Shown: positions 8,934-19,936, counted from the first letter of the stretch. The stretch is 64,000 nt of DNA from Clostridia bacterium (GCA_017437005.1 JAFSBZ010000042.1:3397-67396); one strand, 5' to 3'. A program made the numbers and translations. Notes: generated from the letters alone by a model not told the origin.

Positions 8934-9887
8934 ATGAAAAAGATTTTATCGTTTAATTTAAGCTTGGTCTTGTTGTTTTTATGCGGATGCGTGCAACAAG
9001 AAAATAAGGATACTCGCTTTTTACTTAACACCGTGGTAACGCTGACTGCCAAATGCAGCAGTAAAACGCTTGACGGTGCGTTTTTGTTATGCAAAGACTA
9101 TGAAGAACTGTTAAGCCGAACCAAGCCCGAAAGCGACGTTTATAAGCTTAATAACTCAAGCGACTATATCGAAGTTGACCGCCACACAAAAAACATTATT
9201 GAAAAAGCAATTTATTATGGGGATTTATCAGGTGGACGCTTTGATATTACCATATACCCTGTAAGCTCACTCTGGGATTTTAACAATCAGATTATTCCCT
9301 CACGGGACGAGATTTCCGAGGCGCTTAAAAACGTTGATTACCAGAGCATTAAAATACAAGATAATTCGGTAAATCTTGGCGGCAAGCAAATAGATCTTGG
9401 TGGCATTGCCAAGGGCTATATTGCCGACCGATTGCTTGAATATTTTAACACCAATAATGTCACAGAAGGTATTATTGATTTAGGTGGAAATATTGTTGTT
9501 TTTGGTGACCGCGACTACACCGTAGGTATAAAACAGCCTTTTTCTAACGGTGAAATAGCAGCAACAATAAAGTTGCGAAACAAAACAATTGTAACATCGG
9601 GTGTATACGAAAGGTACATTCAGTCAGATTCTATGCTTTACCATCATATTTTGGACACAAAAACAGGTTATGCCTGTAACAGTGATTTATTTTCGGCTAC
9701 CATAGTATCTGATTCTTCTATTGACGCTGACGCGCTATCTACCGTATGCATACTTTTAGGGCTTGAAAAAGCAAAAGAACTTATTGAAAACACACCCAAT
9801 ACAGAAGCGGTTTTTATTGACTCAAACCAAAATATGCATTATACGTCCGGTCTTACTCTTGAAAACAATGAATTCACTTTTAAATAA
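8934..9887 (+). CDS. apbE: FAD:protein FMN transferase (ApbE), lipoprotein
   Basis: Has the lipobox LFLCGC and the motifs FDITIYPVSSLWDF and IDLGGIAKGYIAD. Confidence 0.85.
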   Translation: MKKILSFNLSLVLLFLCGCVQQENKDTRFLLNTVVTLTAKCSSKTLDGAFLLCKDYEELLSRTKPESDVYKLNNSSDYIEVDRHTKNIIEKAIYYGDLSGGRFDITIYPVSSLWDFNNQIIPSRDEISEALKNVDYQSIKIQDNSVNLGGKQIDLGGIAKGYIADRLLEYFNTNNVTEGIIDLGGNIVVFGDRDYTVGIKQPFSNGEIAATIKLRNKTIVTSGVYERYIQSDSMLYHHILDTKTGYACNSDLFSATIVSDSSIDADALSTVCILLGLEKAKELIENTPNTEAVFIDSNQNMHYTSGLTLENNEFTFK

Positions 9888-9948
9888 TACTTTATTTATT
9901 AACAATTATAATATATAATATATTTATTACATTTTTTAGAGGTTTATT

Positions 9949-12672
9949 ATGGGATTACTTACAGCCATTTTTGGCAATTACAGTGAAAAAGAAATAAAAA
10001 GAATTCATCCATTGCTTGATAAGGTATTGTCTTATGAATCAGAATACCGTAATTTAAGCGATGACGAGCTTCGCGCAAAAACCGATGAATTTAAAAATCG
10101 TCTTACCATAGGCGAAACGCTTGATGATATTTTACCCGAGGCTTTTGCCGTATGCCGTGAAGCCGGTGACCGAGTACTTGGTATGCGCCACTTCCCTGTT
10201 CAAATTTTGGGCGGTATCATATTGCACCAAGGTCGAATCAGCGAAATGAAAACAGGTGAAGGTAAAACTCTTGTTGCAACGCTACCCGCATACCTTAATG
10301 CGCTTACAGGAAAAGGTGTTCACATAGTTACAGTTAACGACTACCTTGCAAAGCGTGACTCAGAGTGGATGGGTAAGCTTTACCGATTTTTAGGTTTGTC
10401 GGTAGGTCTTATAATTCACGGAATGAATAAAGACGAAAAACGCGCATCTTACGATGCTGATATTACCTATTGTACCAACAACGAATTAGGCTTTGATTAT
10501 CTGCGTGATAATATGGTCATCTACAAGGAACAAAAGGTACAACGCGAGCATAACTTTGCCATCGTTGACGAGGTTGACTCCATTCTCATAGATGAAGCGC
10601 GCACACCTCTTATAATTTCGGGTCAGGGCGATAAATCCACCGACCTATACGTCAAGGCTAACGCCTTTGCAAAATCGCTTAGAATGGTAAAGGTTAAGGA
10701 AATGAATGACAAAGCCAGCGACGAGGAAGCCGCTTATGACGGCGATTATGTTGTTGACGAAAAAGCCAACACCGCAATTCTTACCCCTGACGGTGTTAAA
10801 AAGGCGGAGCAATATTTTCAAATTGATAATCTTAATGATAGTGCAAACATTGAAATCGCGCATCACATTAATCAAGCGATCCGTGCGCACGGTATTATGA
10901 AGCGTGACGTAGACTATGTTATAAAAGACGGCGAGGTTATAATTGTTGACGAATTTACCGGCCGACTTATGTACGGCAGACGTTATAACGAGGGCTTACA
11001 TCAAGCAATTGAAGCCAAAGAGGGTGTAAAAGTAGAGCACGAGTCAAAAACACTCGCTACTATTACCTTCCAAAACTTCTTCCGCCTTTACAATAAGCTT
11101 TCGGGTATGACCGGTACAGCTATGACCGAGGAAGCAGAATTTCAAGAAATTTATAAGCTTGATGTTATTGAAATTCCTACCAACAAGCCAATTGCCCGTG
11201 TTGATGAAAACGACGTTATTTTTAAAAATGAAAAAGCAAAATTTAATGCCGTTATAGAGCATATTGTTAAATGTAATGAAAAAAATCAACCTGTTCTTGT
11301 TGGTACTGTTACCATCGAAAAATCAGAGCTTTTATCAAGCCTACTCAAAAAACGCGGCATAAAGCACAACGTTCTTAATGCAAAGCACCACGAAAAAGAA
11401 GCAGAAATTATTGCGCAAGCAGGTGTTCCCGGTGCTGTTACCATAGCTACTAATATGGCAGGTCGTGGTACCGACATTATGCTTGGCGGTAATGCAGAAT
11501 ATATGGCTAAATCCGCGCTTCGCCACGATGGTCTTAGTGAAGAAATGATTCTTGAGGCTACCGGCTTTGGCGAAACAGACGATCAAGACATAATTGCTGC
11601 TCGAGCCAAATACAAGGAATATTACGATAATTTCAAACTTGAAATTGCGCCTTTTGCCGAAGCTGTACGTCAAAGCGGTGGTCTTTGCATTATAGGTACC
11701 GAACGTCACGATTCCCGTAGAATTGACAATCAGCTACGTGGCCGCGCAGGCCGTCAGGGAGATCCGGGTAGCACTAAATTTTATATTTCGCTCGAAGACG
11801 ATCTTATGCGACTTTATGGCGGTGAACGTATTTCAGCGCTGATGGGCACAATGAATGTTGATGAAAATATGCCTATTGAAAGCGGAATGCTTTCAAAAAC
11901 TATTGAAACCGCGCAAAAACGTAAAGAAGGCATAAACTTTGCCTCACGTAAAAACGTGCTTGAATATGACGACGTTATGAACAAACAACGTGAGCTTATC
12001 TACAAGCAACGTAATCAAGTGCTCGACGGCGAAAGCCTTAAAGAAACCATTCTCAAGATGATTGACGACACGGTTGATATTTATGTTGGTATTTATCTAA
12101 ACGGTGAAGAACGAGAAGAGTGGGATATTAACGGCCTACGCAAGTACTTTAACGGTTGGATAACCGATGCTTCCGATTTGCAATTTACTACCGAGAAATT
12201 ATGGCAGACCGAACCAAGCGAAATTGCTGATATGTTAAAAAACAAAGCTCGTCAAAAATATCAAGAGCGCGAAGCCGAATTTGGTGAAAACGTTATGCGC
12301 GAGATTGAACGAGTTGTGTTGCTTCGCTGTGTTGACACAAACTGGATGGATCACATAGACGCTATGGATCAATTACGTCAAGGAATAGGACTGCGAGGAT
12401 ATGGTCAACACAATCCTGTTGTTGAATACCGTAATGAAAGCTACGATATGTTCTCGGCAATGACCGATTCAATTCGCGAACAAACCGCAAAGCTTGCTTT
12501 ATCGGCTTATTTCAAAAAAGATGCAGAAGTAAAGCGTGAAAAGGTAGCCGAAGAATCAAACAGCGACAAGCCTCTTACCGTTAGAGGCAAAGGCGTTGTA
12601 AGTAAAAATGCGCTTTGCCCTTGCGGTAGCGGAAAAAAATACAAACGTTGCTGTGGTAAAGACGAGGAATAA
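9949..12672 (+). CDS. secA: preprotein translocase ATPase SecA
   Basis: 907 aa. Has [39 protein letters not shown] and the C-terminal zinc motif [14 protein letters not shown]. Confidence 0.97.
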   Translation: MGLLTAIFGNYSEKEIKRIHPLLDKVLSYESEYRNLSDDELRAKTDEFKNRLTIGETLDDILPEAFAVCREAGDRVLGMRHFPVQILGGIILHQGRISEMKTGEGKTLVATLPAYLNALTGKGVHIVTVNDYLAKRDSEWMGKLYRFLGLSVGLIIHGMNKDEKRASYDADITYCTNNELGFDYLRDNMVIYKEQKVQREHNFAIVDEVDSILIDEARTPLIISGQGDKSTDLYVKANAFAKSLRMVKVKEMNDKASDEEAAYDGDYVVDEKANTAILTPDGVKKAEQYFQIDNLNDSANIEIAHHINQAIRAHGIMKRDVDYVIKDGEVIIVDEFTGRLMYGRRYNEGLHQAIEAKEGVKVEHESKTLATITFQNFFRLYNKLSGMTGTAMTEEAEFQEIYKLDVIEIPTNKPIARVDENDVIFKNEKAKFNAVIEHIVKCNEKNQPVLVGTVTIEKSELLSSLLKKRGIKHNVLNAKHHEKEAEIIAQAGVPGAVTIATNMAGRGTDIMLGGNAEYMAKSALRHDGLSEEMILEATGFGETDDQDIIAARAKYKEYYDNFKLEIAPFAEAVRQSGGLCIIGTERHDSRRIDNQLRGRAGRQGDPGSTKFYISLEDDLMRLYGGERISALMGTMNVDENMPIESGMLSKTIETAQKRKEGINFASRKNVLEYDDVMNKQRELIYKQRNQVLDGESLKETILKMIDDTVDIYVGIYLNGEEREEWDINGLRKYFNGWITDASDLQFTTEKLWQTEPSEIADMLKNKARQKYQEREAEFGENVMREIERVVLLRCVDTNWMDHIDAMDQLRQGIGLRGYGQHNPVVEYRNESYDMFSAMTDSIREQTAKLALSAYFKKDAEVKREKVAEESNSDKPLTVRGKGVVSKNALCPCGSGKKYKRCCGKDEE

Positions 12673-12675
12673 AAA

Positions 12676-13233
12676 ATGACTAAATTTAAAAAAGCATTAA
12701 AGCTTTTTATAACTTTTTTTAAGATTGGCGCATTTACTTTTGGCGGCGGTTATGCAATGATACCACTAATTCAACACGAGGTTACCGAAAAAAACAAATG
12801 GATAACCGATGACGATATTTTAGAGATTGTTGCCATTGCCGAATCAACGCCCGGGCCTATCGCAATAAACTCCGCCACTTTTGTAGGATACAGGGTATGT
12901 GGTGTGTTGGGCTCAGCGCTTGCTACGTTGGGCGTTGTACTTCCTTCTTTTATAATTATTCTTGCAATATCATTTGCGCTTGCCGCTTTTCAAGAATTAC
13001 GCGCGGTAAAATATGCATTTATGGGTATTAGAGCGGGTGTGTTGGCGCTGGTAAGTAAAGCGCTTATAACTATGTTTAAAAAATGTCCTAAGGGTTGGGT
13101 ATCATACGCTGTAATTTTGTTTGCAGCAATTGTTGGTGTTTTTACAGACATAAATGCGTTTATAATAATTATTATATCGGCATTATTTGGACTTGTGACC
13201 TATTCTATAATTAACAGGGGGTCGCAAAAATGA
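12676..13233 (+). CDS. chromate transporter family protein (first half-size subunit)
   Basis: Has FFKIGAFTFGGGYAMIPLIQHEV and ESTPGPIAIN. Confidence 0.85.
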   Translation: MTKFKKALKLFITFFKIGAFTFGGGYAMIPLIQHEVTEKNKWITDDDILEIVAIAESTPGPIAINSATFVGYRVCGVLGSALATLGVVLPSFIIILAISFALAAFQELRAVKYAFMGIRAGVLALVSKALITMFKKCPKGWVSYAVILFAAIVGVFTDINAFIIIIISALFGLVTYSIINRGSQK

Positions 13234-13835
13234 TATTTTTAGAGCTTTTTTGGACATTTTTTAAAATAGGCGCATTTACTTTTGGTGGCGGCTATGCTAT
13301 GCTCCCCCTCATTCAAGAGCAGGTTATAGTTCACAACTGGCTCAGCGAAGAAGCAATTGTCAACTTTATCGCAGTAAGCGAATCAACCCCCGGACCGTTT
13401 GCCATAAATATAGCAACATATGTTGGCTCTCAGGTTGGTATCGCGTCTTACAACCAAAATTTATGGTTTTCTGTTTTAGGTTCCTTTAGCGCAACATTGG
13501 GAGTTGTACTTCCATCGTTTATAATAATTTTACTTGTGGCGAAATTTTATCAACAGTTTCAAAACAGCCATACTGTAAAAGGACTTATGACAGGCTTAAA
13601 ACCAGCCGCTATAGGACTTATCGCTTCGGCAGTTGTTTCTATGGCAACAACGGTTTTTGCTCCTGTGGGATTCGGATTTGATATATTTAAAAACCTACAA
13701 TTTTATATCAGCGCCGCAATATTTATACTTTGCGCCTTCTTGGCGTTTTTAAAGCGAAAGAAAATCCCGCCTGTAGTAGTAATTTGTATATCTGCTGTTT
13801 TGGGCATAGCTACCGGATATATATTTAATTTATAA
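13230..13835 (+). CDS. chromate transporter family protein (second half-size subunit)
   Basis: Has FFKIGAFTFGGGYAMLPLIQEQV and ESTPGPFAIN. Overlaps the previous gene by 4 nt (ATGA). Confidence 0.85.
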   Translation: MIFLELFWTFFKIGAFTFGGGYAMLPLIQEQVIVHNWLSEEAIVNFIAVSESTPGPFAINIATYVGSQVGIASYNQNLWFSVLGSFSATLGVVLPSFIIILLVAKFYQQFQNSHTVKGLMTGLKPAAIGLIASAVVSMATTVFAPVGFGFDIFKNLQFYISAAIFILCAFLAFLKRKKIPPVVVICISAVLGIATGYIFNL

Positions 13836-13850
13836 TATATAAATAGAATT

Positions 13851-13888
13851 AAAGCACTCACCGATATTGGTGAGTGCTTTTTGATTTT
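13851..13888. terminator. bidirectional rho-independent terminator
   Basis: Stem aaagcactcacc/ggtgagtgcttt (13851-13880) followed by ttgatttt. Lies between convergent genes. Confidence 0.75.
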
Positions 13889-13901
13889 GTATAGATGTGA
13901 A

Positions 13902-16157
13902 TTATCTTTTTACTTTACGTGTCATCACAAGTGCTGCGCCTGCTAAAGCAAGTACTGACAATACAGATGCAAGACTATCGTTTGTTGAAGGACTTGTATA
14001 GCCCAAGTCTGCGCCTATTTGCTTAAGATATTCTTCAGACAATACCTTTGGAATAACCAATGATGCCCTTTCGGCTTTTGTTTTGCCCTCTGCATCTAAA
14101 TAAAGCTGCTTACAAACATCGCATTTATAATGCTCTTTTGTACCTTCCGTTTGATCGTTAGGAAGAACCTTTTCAACCTTAAGAATCGTATGTGATGCCG
14201 CTTTAGTTACAACTGAAGATTTCTTGCCGCAACGTGTACACTTAATTTCAGATTCTTCATCAGCGGTGCAAGAGTGGGCAACTGTGGTATTACCGGTTAA
14301 TTGATAATTATGATCCTTACAAACATAACCGCAATCGATACACTTGGAATCCTTAAATTTGTGCTTTATATAGCCATCTTCACCAAGATCGTTACTATCA
14401 TAGTCAAGACGACCGCCATTTACTGAGCACTTATACCAGTGACCGTTATCATCATAAAGAATAATTTCGTCACCCTGATCGTTACATTCTTTTTTATGTG
14501 GGCCAAAGCCTGTGCTAATCCATTCATCGCTTACTGCAGTATTCATAGGTGCCATAGTATCATCGGTTGCAAACTTGTTTTCACAAACAGAGCATTCCCA
14601 ATACTCTTTATTACCTAATGTTTCACAGTCGCCAATATTCTTTTCAACATGGGTAAGCTTGTGTCCTGGAATACCGCCAACATCGGTAACAATATACCAA
14701 TCACAGAATTTACATCTTGTGTAAACACCTGATGCTGTTACGCAATCGCCTGGATCAAAAGACTGTGCCGTCTGCTCATTGTGAGCACAAATATATTCAC
14801 ATTCTGAGCACATATAAACATCAGAACCGTCGCCCTTAATTTGATCACCAACAAGCACAAAGCTATGCTCTGTTACACCGCCTGCCGACTCAAGGCCGCA
14901 ACAATCACATTTCCATAAATGTGTAGTGTATGTGGTAATAAGCTCAAGATTGTTGTGGAACACGCGAAGCTCAGGACCATTCGCACCCATAAACCAAGTG
15001 TTTTTCCAATCGAGCATATTTGCTGCTGCTTTAAATGCAACACCTGTTTCGGTTACTGAGAAAATGTGATCTGTGTAATCCATCGAAACTGTTTCGTTTT
15101 GCCAAGTTGGTGTAGCCAAATCTACTACACCGGATGGGAGATCGGTTACAACGTTTGTGTAAGAGTATGGCTGATGCACCTTGTCATTATAACAATCTAC
15201 ACCGTAAGGTGCAGTACCAAGGAATATAGAATCAGTTACAGTAGCTTGATACTTACCGCTTTTCTTAACATCACTACTGCCACCTACTATATTGATGTTG
15301 GCGCTTCTTTCGGTGTTATAAGCATAAACGTCTTTTACCAAAATGTTTTCAAGTATAATAACATCCTTTGCACCGCCGCAAGCAATAACGCCCTGCTCAC
15401 CAAAGTACGGCCAGCCGCCAACAGCTTCCATATAGCAGTTTACAACAGCACATGAATCAATCGTAACCTTACCGTCAAACTTAGCACCGTAACCGGTAAG
15501 ATAAGATGCACCGACAATACCGCCTAAACGTCGTCTTGAATTGTAATATGAATTTTTAACTGCAATATTTTTACAGGTGTTTGTATATCTTCTGTTACCT
15601 ATTTGAACACCGCCGTCATACTGTGGGAAAAGACCAATGTCTTCAACAGTTACACCGGCAGAATTCTCAGTTCCAACGTATGTAGCATAAAGACCGTAAA
15701 CTGTAGCGCCGTTACCATCAAAGTTACCGTTAAAGCTTTGGCGGTTAAATTTGCTAATCCAGTTTATCTTGCCCTCAAGACCATCAAAATAGTCTTTAAC
15801 TGCATCCGGGCTTTCAAGATTTAAAAGAACATCAAGATCAACAATGCTCTCAGGCTGCATAACAAAAGTTTTAACATTGTCGTCAACCTTAAAATAATAG
15901 TTGCTTGACCTAGCCACACCAAGACCCAAACAGCACAATGCCAATTCTTCGGCTGTTGAAATTATGTATGGGTTATCTTCGGTACCCTTACCAACAGCAA
16001 ATTTTGTTGCCAATGTACCATCCCAATAATCAACCTTACTAACATCACAAGCCTCTGCTTTAATGCTGATGTTACCTGTAAACAATGACATAGCAAGAAT
16101 TACAAAAGCAAAAACAAATGCCAATATCTGTTTACTGTTTTTAAATAATCTCTGCAT
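13902..16157 (-). CDS. secreted cell-surface protein with a GLUG-like beta-helix N-part, Cys-rich repeat modules and a C-terminal membrane/sorting anchor
   Basis: Start set at MQRLFKNSKQ (16157, RBS aaagga). Signal peptide ...SIKAEA. FNGNFDGNGATVYGL and LGGIVGASY are GLUG-type. Multiple C-x9/10-C-x2-C and CxxCxxxC modules. C-terminus is SPSTNDSLASVLSVLALAGAALVMTRKVKR. Confidence 0.7.
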   Translation of the reverse strand: MQRLFKNSKQILAFVFAFVILAMSLFTGNISIKAEACDVSKVDYWDGTLATKFAVGKGTEDNPYIISTAEELALCCLGLGVARSSNYYFKVDDNVKTFVMQPESIVDLDVLLNLESPDAVKDYFDGLEGKINWISKFNRQSFNGNFDGNGATVYGLYATYVGTENSAGVTVEDIGLFPQYDGGVQIGNRRYTNTCKNIAVKNSYYNSRRRLGGIVGASYLTGYGAKFDGKVTIDSCAVVNCYMEAVGGWPYFGEQGVIACGGAKDVIILENILVKDVYAYNTERSANINIVGGSSDVKKSGKYQATVTDSIFLGTAPYGVDCYNDKVHQPYSYTNVVTDLPSGVVDLATPTWQNETVSMDYTDHIFSVTETGVAFKAAANMLDWKNTWFMGANGPELRVFHNNLELITTYTTHLWKCDCCGLESAGGVTEHSFVLVGDQIKGDGSDVYMCSECEYICAHNEQTAQSFDPGDCVTASGVYTRCKFCDWYIVTDVGGIPGHKLTHVEKNIGDCETLGNKEYWECSVCENKFATDDTMAPMNTAVSDEWISTGFGPHKKECNDQGDEIILYDDNGHWYKCSVNGGRLDYDSNDLGEDGYIKHKFKDSKCIDCGYVCKDHNYQLTGNTTVAHSCTADEESEIKCTRCGKKSSVVTKAASHTILKVEKVLPNDQTEGTKEHYKCDVCKQLYLDAEGKTKAERASLVIPKVLSEEYLKQIGADLGYTSPSTNDSLASVLSVLALAGAALVMTRKVKR

Positions 16158-16364
16158 AAAACAATCCTTTCTATGTGCACAATGCACATTTGACACTATT
16201 ACATATACATTCTAATATAAATCGTCCAAAATTTCAACTGTTTTTTAAATTTTTCTATACTTTTTTTACATATTACAATATATTGTGACTCACGCCTGAC
16301 GATAACAATACTTGTTGTAATTATATTCTTGTTGCTTGCAGCATATTTATGTTATGTAGGAGGA

Positions 16365-17579
16365 ATGAGTGTGAAATTTTTAAAGATATTTTTATCATGC
16401 TTGCTAAGTTTTATTTTTTTGTTTCCTGTCAATATATCGGCAGTAAATGTTGCAAGCGAATGTGATATTTCGGATATTGAAATACCAATTGATGCCACCG
16501 TTACAGACGTTGCAATAGGTACTCGATTAGAAATTAAAGCAAAATCCGCTATTTTAATGGAGGTAAATACCGGTAAAATACTATACGAGCACAACGTTGA
16601 CGAGCAACTACCTCCAGCATCTATTACCAAAATTATGTCACTGCTACTTATAATGGAAGCAATTGATGAAAAAAAGATATCAACTGAAGACGTAATAACC
16701 GCAAGCGAACACGCTTGTAGTATGGGCGGCTCGCAAATCTGGCTTGAACCGGGTGAGGCTATGACGGTAGATGATTTGCTTAAAGCGGCGGTTATAGCTT
16801 CGGCAAATGATGCAACTGTTGCTTTAGGCGAACATATTGCGGGTAGCGAAGAAGGATTTGTGGCTATGATGAACGCGCGTGCTAACGAATTAGGAATGTC
16901 AAGCACTAATTTTGTAAACGCAACCGGACTTGACGCCGAAGGCCACGTATCAACCGCGCATGACATTGCCATTATGTCTGCCGTGCTTATAAAACACGAC
17001 TTAATTAAAAATTATTCTACAGTCTGGATGGACAGTTTGCGCGAAGGAAAAAGCGAGCTTGTAAATACAAATAAATTGGTGCGTTTTTACGAGGGCACAA
17101 CAGGTCTTAAAACAGGTACTACCTCGAATGCGGGATACTGCCTATCGGCTACCGCCGAACGCAACGGTTTAGAATTGGTCGCCGTTGTTATGGCAGGCGA
17201 CACCTCCGGCGAACGCTTTAACAGTGCAAAAAAACTTCTTGACTACGGCTTTTCAAATTACGAATATGTAAGCATTAAGCCTAAAGTGGATAAAACCAAT
17301 ATTAATATATCAAACGGAGTTCAAAAAAACCTTAAAATCGCAACTACCGACAGCTTTGGCTCTTTACTTAAAAAGGGCACATCCTCGGCCGTGACACAGC
17401 AAATCAATTTAAAGGAAAACATTACAGCTCCAATAAAAAAGAATGACGTTGTGGGCACAATAGACTTCTTTTTAGACGAGCAACAAATAGGGCAGGTTGA
17501 TATAATTGCCGATGAATCTGTTAATAAGATAAGCTTTCTAACCGCTTTTTTGTGGATTTTAGATGGTTTGCTGGCATAA
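16365..17579 (+). CDS. D-alanyl-D-alanine carboxypeptidase (S11, PBP5-like)
   Basis: Has SITK (SxxK), SAND (SxN) and KTGTT (KTG). Signal peptide present. The start is either ATG 16365 or GTG 16371, downstream of AGGAGG. Confidence 0.88.
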   Translation: MSVKFLKIFLSCLLSFIFLFPVNISAVNVASECDISDIEIPIDATVTDVAIGTRLEIKAKSAILMEVNTGKILYEHNVDEQLPPASITKIMSLLLIMEAIDEKKISTEDVITASEHACSMGGSQIWLEPGEAMTVDDLLKAAVIASANDATVALGEHIAGSEEGFVAMMNARANELGMSSTNFVNATGLDAEGHVSTAHDIAIMSAVLIKHDLIKNYSTVWMDSLREGKSELVNTNKLVRFYEGTTGLKTGTTSNAGYCLSATAERNGLELVAVVMAGDTSGERFNSAKKLLDYGFSNYEYVSIKPKVDKTNINISNGVQKNLKIATTDSFGSLLKKGTSSAVTQQINLKENITAPIKKNDVVGTIDFFLDEQQIGQVDIIADESVNKISFLTAFLWILDGLLA

Positions 17580-17700
17580 AATTAAAATTTTTTGTGAAAA
17601 TTTGTGTAATTTGCTTGCAAATCGGTAAAAAATAATGTAAAATAAATTCAAGCAAGATGGATATTTATATCCTATGTAAAAAGAAAAAAGGATTGATTTA

Positions 17701-19041
17701 ATGTCGATTAAATTTAGTAGCGCGTACGCAAAAGACTTTATACGCGAAAACGACATAAAAGGTCTTGTCGGTCAGGTAGCCGATGCGCACAAAACCGTAA
17801 ACAAAAAAAGCGGTTTGGGCAACGACTTTTTAGGTTGGGTTGATTTGCCATTTAATTACGACAAGGAAGAATTTGCTCGTATTAAAGCAGCAGCCCAAAA
17901 AATTCAGTCCGATACTGACGTACTTATAGTAATAGGTATTGGCGGCTCATATCTCGGCGCACGCGCCGCGATAGAGTTTTTAAAAGGACCGTATTACAAC
18001 ACATTACGCGGCAATGCTCCTGAAATTTATTTTTCGGGAAATAGCATAAGCGGCTCAAACCTTGCAGATTTGTTAAAAATTTGCGAAGGCAAGCGTGTGT
18101 CTGTAAATATTATTTCAAAATCAGGTACCACTACCGAGCCTGCCGTTGCTTTCCGTGTGTTCCGTAAGTTGCTGGAGGAACGTTACGGCGAAGAGGAAGC
18201 CGCAAAACGTATTTACTGCACAACCGATAAGGCTCGTGGCACACTTAAAGCTCTTGCCGATGAAAAGGGATATGAGTGCTTTGTAGTGCCCGATGACGTA
18301 GGCGGCAGATTTTCGGTGCTTACAGCGGTTGGCCTTTTACCAATTGCTGCAGCAGGTTGCGATATTGATGCCCTTATGGCAGGCGCTCAAGCCGCCGCTA
18401 AAGATTATAACGTAGAGGATATTAACAATAATCCTTGTTATCAATACGCGGCCTTGCGTAACGCTTTTTACCGCAAAGGTAAATCGGTTGAATTGCTTGT
18501 ATCATACGAACCGCGATTTACAATGATGGCAGAATGGTTTAAGCAGTTGTTTGGCGAAAGCGAAGGCAAAGACAACAAGGGTTTGTTCCCTGCTTCTGTT
18601 ACCTTCTCTACCGATTTACACTCTATGGGTCAGTTTGTACAAGACGGCGCACGCATAATGTTTGAAACGGTTGTAACAATCGGCGATAACGGCAGCGACG
18701 TTGTAATAGAAAAAGAAGACAACGACGGCGACGGTCTTAACTTTCTTGCAGGTAAGACGATGTCCTTTGTTAACGAAAAAGCGTTTGAGGGTACTGTACT
18801 TGCCCACACCGACGGCGGTGTACCAAATCTTGTAATATCGGTAGATAAAGCTGACGAGGATAATCTGGGCCGACTAATCTACTTCTTTGAAAAGGCTTGT
18901 GCTATATCAGGTTATATGTTGGGTGTAAATCCATTTGACCAACCAGGTGTAGAAAGCTATAAAAAGAATATGTTCGCACTTTTGGGCAAACCGGGTTACG
19001 AGGATATGAAGGCAGAGCTTGAAGCAAGACTTTCAAAATAA
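17701..19041 (+). CDS. pgi: glucose-6-phosphate isomerase
   Basis: 446 aa, short Firmicute type. Has [20 protein letters not shown] and GESEGKD. Confidence 0.93.
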   Translation: MSIKFSSAYAKDFIRENDIKGLVGQVADAHKTVNKKSGLGNDFLGWVDLPFNYDKEEFARIKAAAQKIQSDTDVLIVIGIGGSYLGARAAIEFLKGPYYNTLRGNAPEIYFSGNSISGSNLADLLKICEGKRVSVNIISKSGTTTEPAVAFRVFRKLLEERYGEEEAAKRIYCTTDKARGTLKALADEKGYECFVVPDDVGGRFSVLTAVGLLPIAAAGCDIDALMAGAQAAAKDYNVEDINNNPCYQYAALRNAFYRKGKSVELLVSYEPRFTMMAEWFKQLFGESEGKDNKGLFPASVTFSTDLHSMGQFVQDGARIMFETVVTIGDNGSDVVIEKEDNDGDGLNFLAGKTMSFVNEKAFEGTVLAHTDGGVPNLVISVDKADEDNLGRLIYFFEKACAISGYMLGVNPFDQPGVESYKKNMFALLGKPGYEDMKAELEARLSK

Positions 19042-19098
19042 ATTTTAAAAAGGTAAAATAACCGTGTTCACACGGTAAATATAAAGGAGTTGTTTATT

Positions 19099-19506
19099 AT
19101 GATTAAACTAATTATCGGAAAAAAAGGTGCAGGCAAAACCAAGCGTTTAGTAGAGCTTGTAAACAGCGCTGCAGAAACCAGTCTTGGCAACGTTGTATGT
19201 ATAGAAAAGGGCGGCACACTTACATTTTCCGTTAGCCATAAAGCCCGTCTTATTTATGCTGACGATTTTTCTATTTGTGGTTATGATGAATACTATGGTC
19301 TTCTTGCCGGCGTAAAAGCAGGCAACAACGACATTACTCACATTTTTGGCGATGCTACTCTCCGCATTGGCTCACGTGACTACGGTGAGCTTGCTGCATT
19401 TTTAAAACGCCTTGCTAAAATCGATGACGTTGAATTTGTATTCACCATCTCTTGCGACGAATCAGAGCTTCCTGCAGAAGTTTTTGAAGTTGCTGAAAAA
19501 ATCTAA
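19099..19506 (+). CDS. small P-loop protein (135 aa), function unknown
   Basis: ATG 19099 follows aaaggag. Walker A is GKKGAGKT. No further family recognised. Confidence 0.55.
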   Translation: MIKLIIGKKGAGKTKRLVELVNSAAETSLGNVVCIEKGGTLTFSVSHKARLIYADDFSICGYDEYYGLLAGVKAGNNDITHIFGDATLRIGSRDYGELAAFLKRLAKIDDVEFVFTISCDESELPAEVFEVAEKI

Positions 19507-19530
19507 TTTTAAAATTACTACTTAATACAA

Positions 19531-19566
19531 AAACCACTTTGTCACTCGACAAAGTGGTTTTTGCTT
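19531..19566 (+). terminator. rho-independent terminator
   Basis: Stem aaaccactttgtc/gacaaagtggttt with loop actc, then ttgctt. Confidence 0.75.
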
Positions 19567-19693
19567 GTGTATTGCCGTATCGCAACATATGACACAATAA
19601 TTTTTCGTTTGGCGACCAATATTATTTTAGCCGAAGTTCGTCTAAAAGTCAATAGCCGTTTTTCGTCTTGCTAAAATAAGATTGGTGATTAAT

Positions 19694-19918
19694 ATGACAA
19701 TACCCGAAAGACTTAAAGCGTTAAGAGAAGAGCATACCGAAAAGTTAAATCAGACAGAACTAGGTAAGCGGCTCAATAAAAGTCAAAGAGCAATTTCAAG
19801 ACTTGAAACTGGCGAAGCGCATTTGCAAGATGATGATTTAGTTTCTTATTGTAAATTTTTCAATGTTTCTGCGGATTATATTTTAGGCTTACCCGATTTA
19901 CCGTATCCGAAAAGATAG
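19694..19918 (+). CDS. XRE-family helix-turn-helix regulator (paralog 1)
   Basis: 74 aa. Has LKALREEHTEKLNQTELGKRLNKSQRAISRLE (HTH_3) and the tail VSADYILGLPDLPYPKR. Confidence 0.8.
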   Translation: MTIPERLKALREEHTEKLNQTELGKRLNKSQRAISRLETGEAHLQDDDLVSYCKFFNVSADYILGLPDLPYPKR

Positions 19919-19936
19919 TATTTTCAGTTTATAATA

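Noticed and set aside
16352-16972. 206-aa ORF antisense to the D-Ala-D-Ala carboxypeptidase gene
   Set aside because: It is an Ala/Ser-rich shadow frame lying entirely inside a well-supported gene with SxxK/SxN/KTG motifs. It has no RBS and no recognisable domain.
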